Positions 1-12,170 of a stretch of DNA of 64,000 nt are shown in pieces. Where the stretch lies: assembly GCA_964188305.1 (NCBI GenBank), contig OZ076895.1; one strand, written 5' to 3'. The position numbers and the translations under genes were made by a program. Within the stretch, counting starts at the first letter, position 1. Every line of letters starts with the position of its first letter. The notes under the pieces are model-generated. The model did not search any database and was not told the DNA's origin. It saw only the letters and a list, made by a program, of their open reading frames with translations. Source of the DNA: Podarcis bocagei (Eukaryota).

Positions 1-420
1 AAGAGCTGTATTTTGAATCCCAGAAGCATTTGGGTATGAAAGCTGGCGAAGGCCCCACACTGAAACACGAGGCTAGTAGTGACAGGTTCTTTTCACCCTT
101 TGCAGACACCAGTGGGCGTGATGGGTCAGTCACATCCTCAGAAGGCTCTGGAGGGAAGAGTAAGAAAAGGACTTCTCTCTTCTCCCCCCGCAAGAACAAA
201 AAGGAGAAGAAGTCCAAGAATGACAGCAAGCTCTCTGACAAATCCAGCAGTGCGGCTGAGGAAGCCACGAAGCCCAAATCACTGTGGAAGTCTGTGTTCT
301 CTGGCTATAAGAAAGACAAGAAGAAAAAGACAGATGACAAATCCTGCCCTAGTACACCTTCCAGTGGGGCCACAGTGGATTCTGGGAAGCATAAGGCGTC
401 TCCAATAGTTAGAGCAGCAG
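1..420 (+). CDS. MICAL3: MICAL3 large internal coding exon, 3' part (5' end outside window)
   Basis: Open frame reads ...KSKKRTSLFSPRKNKKEKKSK...KSLWKSVFSGYKKDKKKK...SCPSTPSSGATVDSG..., recognisable as MICAL3. Donor CAG|GTATAG at 420/421, phase 1, matches the next exon. Confidence 0.92.
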
Positions 421-2284
421 GTATAGTGTCACTGACTGCATTCTTTAGTGAACCTGAAAATCTTTTGCAGATTCCTTCCATGCACAGAATATGAGCCCAA
501 GAGATATTTGAGCAATGTAACCTGTGATTTGGGAGGTGATTAAGGGGGGAGGGGAGAGATAAGCATAAAAAGGCAGAAGAGGAACAAGGAAAGCATGAAA
601 AAAATAGTATTTTACAAAAGCATGGGATTTCTAGTTTTAGCTCGAGGAATAGGAATATGTGTTCCTCTGGATGTTCATGTACCCCAGTTCCAAGCAGTCA
701 TGGATGGTATCTGGCGAACAACACACCACACGCTCCCCTTGAAGTGATGTATGCAAGGCACATGTATATTTTCTGTGGGTGCTTTCAGGGACTCCTTCAA
801 TTCTTGCAACCTCTTTCTCTTTTAAAAATGAAATTGTTGAAACAGCTTTCTTGTGGGAGGCCGGATTGTGGGGGGGGCAGTTGCTCTGATGATGATTGAG
901 AATTAGCCCCCTACTCCTAAGCAGCATATTCATAGGCATGCACATTTGGGGGAGGGGTACACAGCTACCCAGTGGTATTACTGTCCCCTGCCTAACTGGG
1001 AGCAGCTGTTTTATCCAAGGGCCCCAAATGGGCTACAAAAGATCCCATGTGCGGCCTAGTTTTGTGAGGCATGACTGGACACATCCATGAGTTTCCATTT
1101 TGCTGCAACACCCAGACTCTAGGGATATTTGAATCAGCAGCAGTGTTAGGCTTGATGTATGAGTCATCGTTTTCTCCCCCCAGTTCCCATCTCAAGCCTG
1201 GTGAAGTCAGTATGAACAGTCTGCTTCATTGTCAACCACGCTTGGGAGTTTAGGATTAGGTTCATCTGGTTCTGTGCCCTGCTCTTATTTTAAGCCACTT
1301 GGACAAATCCGTTTGGAGGATAGTGTTCTGAGTGATCTGATGGTTTTCTTTCTCATATATTGTCTGACTCAGTTTATAACTTTTAAAATAGCAGGTTGAT
1401 TATCTGGAGAATAAGTAATAATGGTGCCTGAGACAAAATCAGAAATATTCAGCAACTTGCAGCTTGAGGCCCAGCTCATAAACTTCCATTCCAGTTGCAA
1501 TGGTATCGACCTAATTGGTAGCATACCTTCCAGATAACTTGCTTGGCATGGAAAGAATAAGTCCCAGCTGTTCTTCAAGAAATATCTACACTGCTTTTTG
1601 AAGAAAAGTATTGAAGAAGTATAAATCAAGGCATCTGAGAAAGTTACTAGTGGAGGTGCAAAAAGGTCACACTCTTAGATCTTCCGCAGATTATTATAAT
1701 TAATGCCAGCAGCACGATATCTCTTTCCCATGTCATAGAAGAGGAGGGATGTAGTCTTACTGTAGGTAAAACAGGGACAGATAAACCTGGTGTCTATTTG
1801 CTTTCTTCCACCGAACTCATAGATGCATAAACACACACTCCTTTTTATCTTCACAACAACAACCCTGTGAGATAGGCTAGGTGAATACCTCAAGGTCACC
1901 CAGTGAACTTCATGACCAAGTGAGGATTTGAACCTGAGTCTTCCCAGTTCCTGCCCAGTTTGACACTGTAACCACTGCACCACCATGGCTCTTAGTGATG
2001 TGGTTAGAAATAAATTTAGTAGGGACCAGGGAGGAGAAATGTGTCCTTCAGCATTAAAGAAATTGAGCACACAGATGTCAAAGAACATCATTAAAAATGG
2101 GGAGGGGGAATCACAAATGGCCAGGGCATTGCTCCGGGAGAAAGGGGTATCTGTTCTAGTCAATGTAGCAGCAGCGGGTGGTGTGTTATTTTTTTCAGAC
2201 TTCAAGAGACTCATCATCTAAGTTCATTATGATGCCAGCTGCTCCTCTGGCTGTGTCATCTGATTTGTTTCTTTACCATCGCAG

Positions 2285-2379
2285 ATTTGCAACTACGTCG
2301 ACACTTAAGCTTCTCTGAGGACTCTGACCTCTCCAACGATGACGTCTTAGAGCGCTCTTCACAGAGATCCAAGCGAGAG
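2285..2379 (+). CDS. MICAL3: MICAL3 coding exon (DLQLRRHLSFSEDSDLSNDDVLERSSQRSKRE)
   Basis: Acceptor ...ttaccatcgcag at 2283-2284; donor GAG|GTAAGA. 95 nt, phase 1 to 0. Peptide matches the MICAL3 LRRQLSFSEDSDLSSDDVLE segment. Confidence 0.95.
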
Positions 2380-3439
2380 GTAAGATTAAACTGGGTGGGA
2401 AATGTTGAGCTAGCTGTGCTCTTTCAAAGCCAAGATAAATAATAAAACCTTAGGAAAGCTGAAGTGATTAATGTTTAATATTGCCTATTAATTTACTTTA
2501 GCTGGGCTGGAAGAAACCTGCAGACAAAAGCCCACTTTTGGATATATCTGGGATTATACTGTAAAAACTCAGTGTTTATGAAGAACATTGCTTTTCACAT
2601 CTATTAATAACTATATATGGTATCTACATAGGTCAAATGATCTGCCTATCTATACAAACACACTTTTAGCAAATGTAGGATCTGTGACATGCATATTTAG
2701 CACACTGACCACTTAATTGCTTTATATCAGTTGTCCATTGGGGTATAGAACAAACACATTGATCCAGAAATATAGGTCCTCCTGAGAAATCCTCACTTAT
2801 GGCCTGAAATGCTGGATCTCTTTCCTAAATGATTCCACTGGCTATGTCTCAACCTCAGTTGTGTGATCTGTAGCATCAATTTATCATCTCACATTGCTCC
2901 TGTTGAGAATGAGATGCAGCTTGCAAAGCTGGTATGTTTGTTCCAGTTGTTGTTCCTCCGATGTGTACTGCGAATGGCTTGTATGGATTACACCTCATGA
3001 CAAACCATATCACTGGTTTAGGACTCAATTTCCAATCTTTATGGGAAAGTCACTACCTCATCAAAGAGGTGCTAAGTTCCTTGCACTGTTCAGTTTTGTG
3101 ACAGTGAAGAACACCCTACAAGCGCTGTTTCAAATGGCAAGATGGAGGTCTTATTTGCAAGTATGATTATTTGCATGTCGAGTAAATAATCTGTACTTTT
3201 TCCTGCTAAAAGATCTGCTTGTGAGTAAGCACTCAGACTGGCCACTTTTATCTTGGATGATAAATTACAGCTCAGGCAGCTGTCCAAGGATGATGATGTA
3301 AGCTTGTAAATGTGACTGTCTTTCATACTGAGACGCTGAGTTTCTTCCCATGTTTAACATACCTATATTTGAGCTGTTGTTGTTTTTTATTGGACCCTTC
3401 CCTGCCCCCCCCCCCAACTTCCCACATGCTTGCCTTCAG

Positions 3440-3490
3440 GCTTTTCCTGGCAGGTTCCACATTACATCTGGGATGCAAAGGAAGGAGGAG
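3440..3490 (+). CDS. MICAL3: Candidate MICAL3 alternative cassette exon (AFPGRFHITSGMQRKEE)
   Basis: Pyrimidine tract then catgcttgccttcag acceptor. 51 nt, open in phase 0. Donor GAG|GTACCT has the same intronic hexamer as the constitutive donor at 10746. No homology evidence. Confidence 0.35.
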
Positions 3491-4474
3491 GTACCTGGGG
3501 ATGCTGGAAACAGCATCATGGGAGAGGGTAGTAGTAACAATGTGGTGGGTTCTGATAAGTCATGAAGCAGTTACTTAATCATGTCTTCACAGAGCAGAAG
3601 TGGGAACCTGTGGCCTTCCAGATGTTGTGGGATTCCCACTTCAACCTTCCCCAGCCAACATAGGCAATAGACAGGGAGGGTGGGAGTTGCAGCCCAGCAA
3701 CATCTGTAGGGCCTTGGTACCCAATCCCTGGCTTAGAGTCCTGAAGCTGCCTCAACGTTCATATAGCTGCTTAGCATGGATTGGTTAGTGCTTCTACCAC
3801 ATCTGATTCACACAGGTGGCCAACATGTGATGAAGAGTGAGAATTACTTCACCCCTAAATAGCCATTGGGGTGCTTAATGGTTGTTTTGTTGTGTATTTT
3901 GAATATTGCAGACATTCCAGGTATCTTAATCCTCAGCAAAGAACTGTTATTAATATGCATTGAGAGTTGCATCAAGAAGGAATATGTACTGAAAGAGTAG
4001 AAGTAACTGGTCATTTTACCAATCTTAACTCCTCCAGTTACATGGATGAAAGGATGGTTAAACGTTCCATGGACTAACTAATCCTCTCCAGTTCTGATAT
4101 TGAGCTGGGATGCATAAAACAAAGCAGCTCCCTTACCTCAGTAGAGAGATCAGGAGCAGGCTGCAGGATTGTGTCAGTGACAATACATGGCTTGACTGCA
4201 GTGAAGGAGAGAGGGGAGCAGCTGTGAGGAAGAAATACACAACTGCAGTCTGTTCCCCGTTGCTTAGTTGTACTTCATAGAGCCACCTTTGCTCTTCACT
4301 GCCCCAGTGTGATGTTTTCCATGCTGGTGAGTTGTGAGAACAGAAATGGCAGGGTGTTGTGGGACAGTCTTAATTTGATTACTAATCTGGAATGCAAGGG
4401 CATGGTCTTGTGTGTACCTCCTGAGCCAGTATTTTCTTCTCTCTGCTACATGACCGATCATGAACTGCTTATAG

Positions 4475-4528
4475 ACCAAAACCCAGCAGCTAGCGCTCTC
4501 GTTGCAATACCAGATCCTCTTCCCAAAG
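4475..4528 (+). CDS. MICAL3: Candidate MICAL3 alternative cassette exon (TKTQQLALSLQYQILFPK)
   Basis: Acceptor ...gaactgcttatag; 54 nt, open in phase 0; weak donor AAG|GTTGCC; CTAAC about 60 nt downstream. Confidence 0.4.
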
Positions 4529-5013
4529 GTTGCCTGTTTGATGTGGTTTACTGTAATGTTTGCGATTAGCTCTTTAGTTTTGTCTGCTGTCTAACACTAG
4601 AAGCAGCTTCTAAATAAATGCTGGTATAGCTTCCTGTGGGATATGTGCTTCTTGGAGCTTTGGTCAGTGTATGTGTGTATGTGCTGATGTTGTAAATATT
4701 TGATATACTTAGTATCTGGCTGTTTGTTCAAGGAAATATTTCCTTCTCTGGTAGCTTGATGAAGGCTGAGGTTTTGTCTAAAGCAGGGGTCCCCAACTGT
4801 CATGGCTGTTACGGTCATGGAGGACCCCTGCTAGTTACAAAACAGATCAACCTTTGGCCTGATCCACTAGGCTTTTCTTATGCTCTTATGCTAAGGGGGA
4901 TGTTTGACACTGTGGGTGTCACATTGGAGGACCCAGAGTCTAAACTCTGGTTGCACTTCAGTTTTCCCTTCATGTTTATGCATTTATTTAATGAAGATTA
5001 AGTGTACTATGAA

Positions 5014-5374
5014 TCAAGGGACTCGGGTGGCACTGTGGGTTAAACCACAGAGCCTAGGACTTGCTGATCAGAAGGTCGGCAGTTCAAATCCCTGCGACGG
5101 GGTGAGCTCCCGTTGCTTGGTCCCTGCTCCTGCCCATCTAGCAGTTCGAAAGCACGTCAAAGTCCAAGTAGATAAACAGGTATTGCTCCAGCGGGAAGGT
5201 AAACGGCGTTTCCATGTGCTGCTGCCGTTCGCCAGAAGTGGCTTAGTCATGCTGGCCACATGACCCGGAAGCTGTACGCCGGCTCCCTCGGCCAATAAAG
5301 CGAGATGAGTGCCGCAACACCAGAGTCGGCCACAACTGGACCTAATGGTCAGGGGTACCTTTACCTTTACCTTT
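5014..5374 (+). mobile_element. Full-length Sauria SINE (Squam1) with target-site duplication
   Basis: GGGACTCGGGTGGCACTGTGGGTTAAACC head; B-box-like AGTTCAAATCC; (ACCTTT)n tail; duplication ttaagtgtactatgaa at 4998-5013 and 5373-5388. Confidence 0.9.
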
Positions 5375-6810
5375 AAGTGTACTATGAAAGTACTGAAAGG
5401 CAGAGTGACATGTGTGCTTTAAGCAATTCCATAAAAGGTACCATACAATTGCAAAAAAACTGGGCACAAAATTCAGTATTCTGAAAAATCACATTTCATT
5501 TTTAAAAAAAGAGTCACACTTATAGCCTATGAAACAGAGATGGGGAAACTCTGGTTTACTAGCTGCTGCTGGACACCATTCATCCCTGTCCTTTGGCTGA
5601 GCTTCCTGGGACTGATGGGAGTTGTAGTCCAACAATTTCTGGAGGGCTACAGTTCCCCCATTCCTGCTATAACACTTCTGAGATGGGTAATGCCTTGGGG
5701 AGGAGGAAGATTTTCCAGGGTAATTGACCGGGCTTCAATGCCCTGTTTGGCTCTTTGCCCTGCATAACTATCCAAAGCAGCACCACGTGCAAATTTTCAT
5801 TTGCAAAATTGTTTAACTCAGTGCTTTCCAGTGAAAACAGGGTGGAAGGATGCCTAGGTGCCCTGTGGAAAACCATAACGTTTGTAAAGGTAAATCTCAA
5901 TTTAAGTAGAAGATTGGAGTCAGAATTGAATGTCAGACTAGGCATTCATACACAGTTTCATTAGACAAGAAATAGTTATGTGACTATTCCTCGGGGGAGA
6001 AGCACAGATACACATATGGGGGGGGGGGTATGATCAGCTGCTTTCTCCCATGTGAACTCTGTCACTGCCATAGTTGTCTTTAAACTCCCTCCTTCCACTA
6101 TTCCTTCTGAATAGTGACAGAAGCTTTGCAGAACCCTTTTCTTCCAATCCACCTGCTCTGCAAACTTCCATTTGCTTCTGCCTTGGCCCAGGCAAGGATG
6201 CAAGCAACAGAAGAGTGAAACAAGGAGAGGGCTCTGTGTAATCCTCTTTTTACTGTTCATGCAGGAGCAAAGAGAGTTAAGCTTCTGCATGCATTATGAT
6301 AGTGAATCAGTAGGCTGAGCAACAATAATAACGTCTCTTAATTAAAAACAGCTGCTTTGTTGCTATGTTGTACCTAAATTGGTCTGGCCTGGACTTCCAC
6401 AAGTTGTGATCCCTGCCATCTCCCAAGCTGAACAGTGCTCCCAAGCCATGTATATTAGTGCACCAAGACTTTGATGAACCAACTCTTTCTGTTGCCTGTG
6501 ACTACCAAAATTGGCAGCGGGGGTTGGGTAGGGTTGTACATCTGACAGGCTACAATACATGGCTTGTAGGCTGCATTTGGGTTTGGGTCACAGGCAGTGC
6601 AGGCCTGGTCAAGTATTTGTTTCCTGATTCTGAAGCATTCACCCTCATACATAGTGCCATGTTGCACTTCAAGCAACCTTTGTGTTTGTTACTGTTCATT
6701 TTGTTTTCAGCGTTTTAATGTTTAACTGACTGTGCTCCATTTTACGTGTGTGGGTTTTATTATTTATTTATTTTTGCCTTTGCCATTCCTTCCCCCTCCC
6801 CCTTTTAAAG

Positions 6811-6861
6811 TCGATTTACGTCCCACACGCCTTGGCATTCAAGAGATCATACGCATCAAAG
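6811..6861 (+). CDS. MICAL3: MICAL3 alternative cassette exon (SIYVPHALAFKRSYASK)
   Basis: Strong pyrimidine tract ending ccttttaaag; 51 nt, phase 0-0; donor AAG|GTAGTG; CpG-retaining coding-like sequence; three downstream TGCATG. The peptide resembles an insert I recall in predicted MICAL3 isoforms (not verified). Confidence 0.8.
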
Positions 6862-9466
6862 GTAGTGTCTCCATTCTCATTGACTGGCCACAGTTGCATG
6901 CCTTCCCATTATTAACCTACCAGAACTATAGTCTATGTCCCATCTCCCTGCCTTTGTTCGTACTAATGTAATTCCTGACTGTGCATGTATGAAATGGTTA
7001 AAAGAAAATAAGGACAACCTGATCAAGGAAATGTCAAATCCTAAACCTTCATGCTCACTTGAAATGCATGCAGTATGTGCATCAAGGATGAACCAGAGAG
7101 AGAGAACCTGTTGATCTTGGTTTGTTGCTTTTTAAAAAGGTTTTAAAGGGTATTTTGCTGGACATATTAGGTACTTACTTATATCTGGTATAAATTGAAA
7201 TTATTTTACTTTATTATTTATTGCATTTTTATTCTGCTGATCCTCCAAGGAGATCAAGGTGGCTTACAAGATTTCCCCGTTTTATCCTCACAACAACCCT
7301 GATAGGTAGGGTAAGCTGAGAGGAAGAGATCAGCTGAAGGTCACCCAGTGAGCTGAATGGAGAGTTGAGCTTGGATCTCCCCAATTGTAGTCCTCTACTC
7401 TAATCACCATGCCACACAGTAGCCTTGGCCATTATAATTTATTGATATGTTTCTGTACACTCATATAAGTCAGTGTAAAAATATAAGTATACACATAGGT
7501 AGAGTGCACAAAACAAGCATCATTTTACCAACAAGAACAACAACAACTTTTGCAAATACTTGTGTTGATTCCCACAGTTCTCCAAATCATTTGGTTAATT
7601 CTGAATTATTGATAAAAGCTGAGGTATCACAATATCACCTCAGTTGCCCCTCTTCCCAGTCTAAGCACATTCACATCAGTGGCTGTAATTGGTTTTGTAC
7701 CTGTTCCATTTCCCTAAGGAACTCTTGAGTTCTATGTGAGTGTGACCTAGATCTGTCAAACTGACTTCTCAGCAAGCTACAGTTCTCAAGATTCTTGGGA
7801 GAAACCAGTATCAAGTTTGTTGTGCAGCGATGCCTTCCAACTCTGCTCACAGGTTATATTCTCATGTTACCATTTTGTGTGTCGAAATCTACACATCTAT
7901 GAAGGCGTGCACATTGTAGTGTGAGAGTTGTCATCCCGGTGTGTTTTCTTCTTTTGGCGTAGTATATGCTTCAACTTCTTGATGCATACATTGAGCCAAA
8001 TGGGAAAGAAATGTGCAAGCATTCTCAGCTTAGGAAATGCTGAAGTGTGGATTTTAACATATAAAAATAATATGAGAAGTAGCACTTGGTTTCAGGTTGG
8101 AGTCTTGAATAAGAAAACAGTGAAAGAGGCAATTCACGGATTTGCTTTTCTCAGGGCAAACACATCACTTTTACACATTCTGTGGCCAAATACTTACCGT
8201 ACATAAGCCACCGGTGAAAATGTTAGGTATGGGCTTTGTGGGGCTCCAAAGTGATCTTCCTGTGATTTAGCATCTTTTTAGCACTAATAAACTCTGGTAA
8301 CGCTAATGACTTCCAATCTCTAATCTGACCAGGATTTCAGCCACCCAAATCTTGTTGACTTGATTTTTTAAAATGGCATGAAGGGGATGCTGGGATATTT
8401 GTGTCAATGGGGGGCTGCTCTGAATTGTCAAGGGAGGATAATAGGTTAGGAAAACACATGCTCCACACATCTTGTTACAACATGGATGTGAATTCTCAGC
8501 CCCAAAGCAACTCTGTAAGTTGCATGTCTATCTTGAAACTAGTTGTGTATATTAATGATTTTGACAAGATGTTTAAAAGACACTGGAGCATGTGTCCATA
8601 AAACTAGAAGACATAGGCAGCTTATAACCCCATAGAGCTAGTTCACACCACAAATTTATAGTTAAGTTGTATGATCAGCAGGCCCATGTGACAAAACTGC
8701 TACTTGACCATTTAAGACTGCCGTTAGGGTGCTCTCACAGTTGTATGCTTGCCTAGAATGTTTTTATGTTAGCTGGAAGGATATTTGTGTAGCTTTCCTC
8801 ATTGTGTTCTAGTTTTGTATGTGCTAAGAATTGACTTTTTAATATAGGAAAGAATTCATATCGCCATTATTCCCTCTTGCAGGTTGAAGTGATTACATAG
8901 GCCTTTAGTGCATTACATAGGCCTTTAGATCATGAGTTTCCTCTATTGTTGCATTGAGAATGCAGGTTGAGTGGTTCCATGCCCTGCTGATTAAGTGATT
9001 GGTAGGAGTTGCAACCTGGACTCATGGTAGCACAAGGAAATAGGCAGTATACCATGTGTTTTAATCTACAACGAACTCTCAGCCTACTTCGTAAGATGAT
9101 TTGGGCATGGGTTTATTTTTTTTACTTTGCCTAGGTCAAAAAGTAATACAGTAGGCTCCCTTCTTTGTAAGAAAGTTGATGAAATCAGGGACACCTCCTA
9201 TCTTTAGGGCAAGCCACAAGGAGAATTGAAGAGAATGCAGCTGTAACTGGAAGCTCTCTGTTAAATCACTGCTTTGCACCTGATTCATGCCTTTCCTTCA
9301 CACCTTACTTCTGCACCAAGGCCCACGCACTGCACTGTTAGCACTCAAATTGACAGTTTGCCCACTGAGAAGAAAGCCCAGCAAGTAGCACCTTCTGTTC
9401 CTACTTATTGAGGCTGACAGCTTTGTTGTAAGGGACTGAAATGCATTCCTCTCTTTATTGCTGCAG

Positions 9467-9574
9467 AAAGCATACACGGAGGATGAGCTCAATGCCAAAC
9501 TGACCAGGCGGGTGCAGAAAGCTGCTCGCCGTCAAGCCAAGCAGGAGGAGCTGAAGAGGTTACACAGGGCTCAG
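9467..9574 (+). CDS. MICAL3: MICAL3 coding exon (KAYTEDELNAKLTRRVQKAARRQAKQEELKRLHRAQ)
   Basis: Acceptor ctctttattgctgcag; donor CAG|GTAAAG; 108 nt, phase 0-0; start of the C-terminal coiled-coil/bMERB region. Confidence 0.96.
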
Positions 9575-10651
9575 GTAAAGCCATAATTTTTATCCATAAT
9601 TTCCAGGAAGAAAAATTTATGAGCCTTTAAGAAGATGACCTTCTATGTGCACATCTTTGCAGTGTGCATCAGCAAACTGCATGTCTCGAGGAAGGTCACA
9701 TTACATTGACCTGTCTGTTGGTATGGTCCTGAAGTTTTCCCATAATTAACTCCACTTCCTACATGTAAGGTTTGATACATATTATTCTCTTGTTGCTGCC
9801 TGGAGTGCCGCTTTTGTAAGACACCAGTATGAGCAGCTGCAAGCGATATACCTATGTACACTTCTGCCTTGTACGGATCCGAAACAGTGGCTGGAGAATG
9901 TGTGACTTATCAATATCCTGAAGACATTTCACACAGCAGCACAAACAAAAAGGCATATCCCTGCCCTGAGGAGCTTTCAGTCTAGATTTTGACCAAATGG
10001 AGACAAAGGAGAGGAAGGTGGGCACTGGGGCAAGAGGAAGAATATACACAAATTCATATAACTCAAATATAGTAGGGGGTTGTGGTTAAGAGATGTTGTG
10101 GAAAAGGTAGGATTTGAAGAAAGATTCCAAATTATTTGAAGGTATTTTTGAGAAAGGTGTGTGAGTACTTCCCACACATCTAGGGCTTGTCCATACTTTG
10201 CTTGTCCCATGCCTAGAAAGCATGAGTCTGAGAAGTTTTCTGTTCGCCCCGCTGCTTGCCTCATGAAAACCCACTCTTCAGTGCTAAAGAGTAGATTTCC
10301 CTGGGGGAAAGCAAAAGTGCAGACGAGCCCCTGGTCCCCATAGTGCGCACACCCTGAATCCTTCACCCACCATTTTTAAGGACACATAGAGAGCATGTTG
10401 CCCAACCAGGTACTGGGGGGGGGGGAATTCCCAGATGGGCCACTGTTTGGAAAATATCAATGCTCTCTTTTCCCCCAGGAGTTGATCATCAGTTACAAAA
10501 CCTTAAGGCCCCTCTGGTGTGTGCCTCTGGAACAGCTCTTAGGTGGCGCTGGTCTGCTTTGGAAGCACTGGAGATTCTTGAAATTAGTATCCTGCCATTT
10601 GAACACAGGAGAGTGGGAACCTATGTGTGTGTTTTCCCTCTTTTCCCATAG

Positions 10652-10745
10652 ATTATCCAACGACAGCTGGAGCAAGTAGAAGAGAAGCAAAGGCAGCTGG
10701 AGGAGAGGGGAGTTGCTGTTGAGAAGGCTCTTAGGGGAGAAGCAG
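10652..10745 (+). CDS. MICAL3: MICAL3 coding exon (IIQRQLEQVEEKQRQLEERGVAVEKALRGEA), bMERB helix 1
   Basis: Acceptor ttttcccatag; donor CAG|GTACCT; 94 nt, phase 0 to 1. Confidence 0.96.
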
Positions 10746-12057
10746 GTACCTTCCAGTCTTCCATCTTGTGTTTTTCTTTTCTTATTACATTTTTATGCAA
10801 AGGTTCATAGCAACCTGTGTGCTAGCTATACAGACTGGTCTCTTCCTAAGCTGCAAGTTCTTTTATTAAATTATCTTTTTAAACAAATGAATTAAAATTC
10901 ACCATTTCCCTTCTCTATCAGATCTTGGGCTTCTCTGCCTGTGAAGCTACCTAAATGGCAAGATCCCTTAGCTGGGTTTCATTTGCTCTGAAAATACGTC
11001 TCACTTCTTCAGGACAAAGTTTTGTCCAATTATTAGTTGCATCTTGGAAAAAGGTGGTAATACATATAGGTTACCCATCTGCTAGCTTTCCTTTAGGAAA
11101 TAAAACTTGGTCGTGGCAAGGAAGCCTCCACTTTGCCCAGCAAGATGAAAAAGAGAAGAGAGTAATTGATATAAGTTTGTGTTTTTTAATTCACTGTGCC
11201 TTGAATCAGCATTAGCACCCTCATAAGGGACCATCACAGAACAGTCCCAGCAAGTACCACATGATCTCTGCAAAATCATACACAGCTTCAAGGCATGTAG
11301 AATGAAATTCAATACAACATGTGAAACAGTTGTCATCGTCATCTGCTGTTAATAGAATGAACCTCTATACTTAATGGCCTGGTCTAATGAATGGTACTTG
11401 GAATTAACATAGATGAAAGACATTAAGAGCAGAACTAGATGTTACTGCACACACAGGACTGCTACTGAAAACCCAAAACTCTGTATGTAGTCTTCTGCCC
11501 ACATACCCTTCTTAATGGCCAGTGAAATTTGCTATGCAACGTGATGTCGTCACTCTTGACTTTCCCTGCCTCCCTCCCTCCTTCACTGGGTGCCGAGGTG
11601 AGAGAACTCACTGCAAGACAGTGCCACATCACATGGTGAGTTTCACTAGACCTTATAGGGGAGGAAGAAGTAGTAATGAGAATACTGTTTTACCTGTAGC
11701 CCTGTGTCTGCCATAATGTCTAGTTCATCCGTGGGAGAGAACATAGTTAGATGATGCTTTCCTCGCTTGATATATCCTAACACTCCTTCCTTGAGAAATG
11801 AGTAGAGGCAAACACACAAAGACCCAGGTTATTTCACATGATCCATTTACCAGAGGTGTAAGAGGCAACCTACTTGGTGAAAATGAATTGAACTTAATTT
11901 TGAGATATGCCTTTTGTTTTACTGACCTTAAGTTTGGGAAGGAAATGTAACTAAATTGACTTTCCTCAAAACAGCCTGGAAGAATTGTTTTTCTGCTTTA
12001 TTTGAAGCTTGGATTGACACACTGAAATTTCCAATATGAATGTGGTAGGATTAAAAT

Positions 12058-12170
12058 AAAAAAATTCCTTCCAGTAGCACCTTAAAGACCAACTAAGTTA
12101 GTTCTTGGTATGAGCTTTTGTGTGCATGCACACTTCTTCTTCTTGTGTGCATGCACACTTCTTCCTCAGT
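12058..12170 (-). mobile_element. Penelope-like element terminal fragment
   Basis: On -: gaagaagtgtgcatgcacacaaaagctcatacc...ttggtctttaaggtgctactggaagga, a typical PLE terminal-repeat pattern; local duplication of the gtgtgcatgcacac palindrome. A related fragment lies at ~16231-16328 (+). Confidence 0.65.

Noticed and set aside
421-494. ORF 30..494 continuing past the MICAL3 donor (GIVSLTAFF...)
   Set aside because: Intron read-through. MICAL3 similarity stops at the GT at 421 and no poly(A) signal follows.
11598-11635. Possible MICAL3 exon ending at strong donor ATG|GTGAGT
   Set aside because: The first AG after the tract gives 38 nt (frameshift); the in-frame 33-nt version needs a poor GAG acceptor. 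No supporting elements seen.
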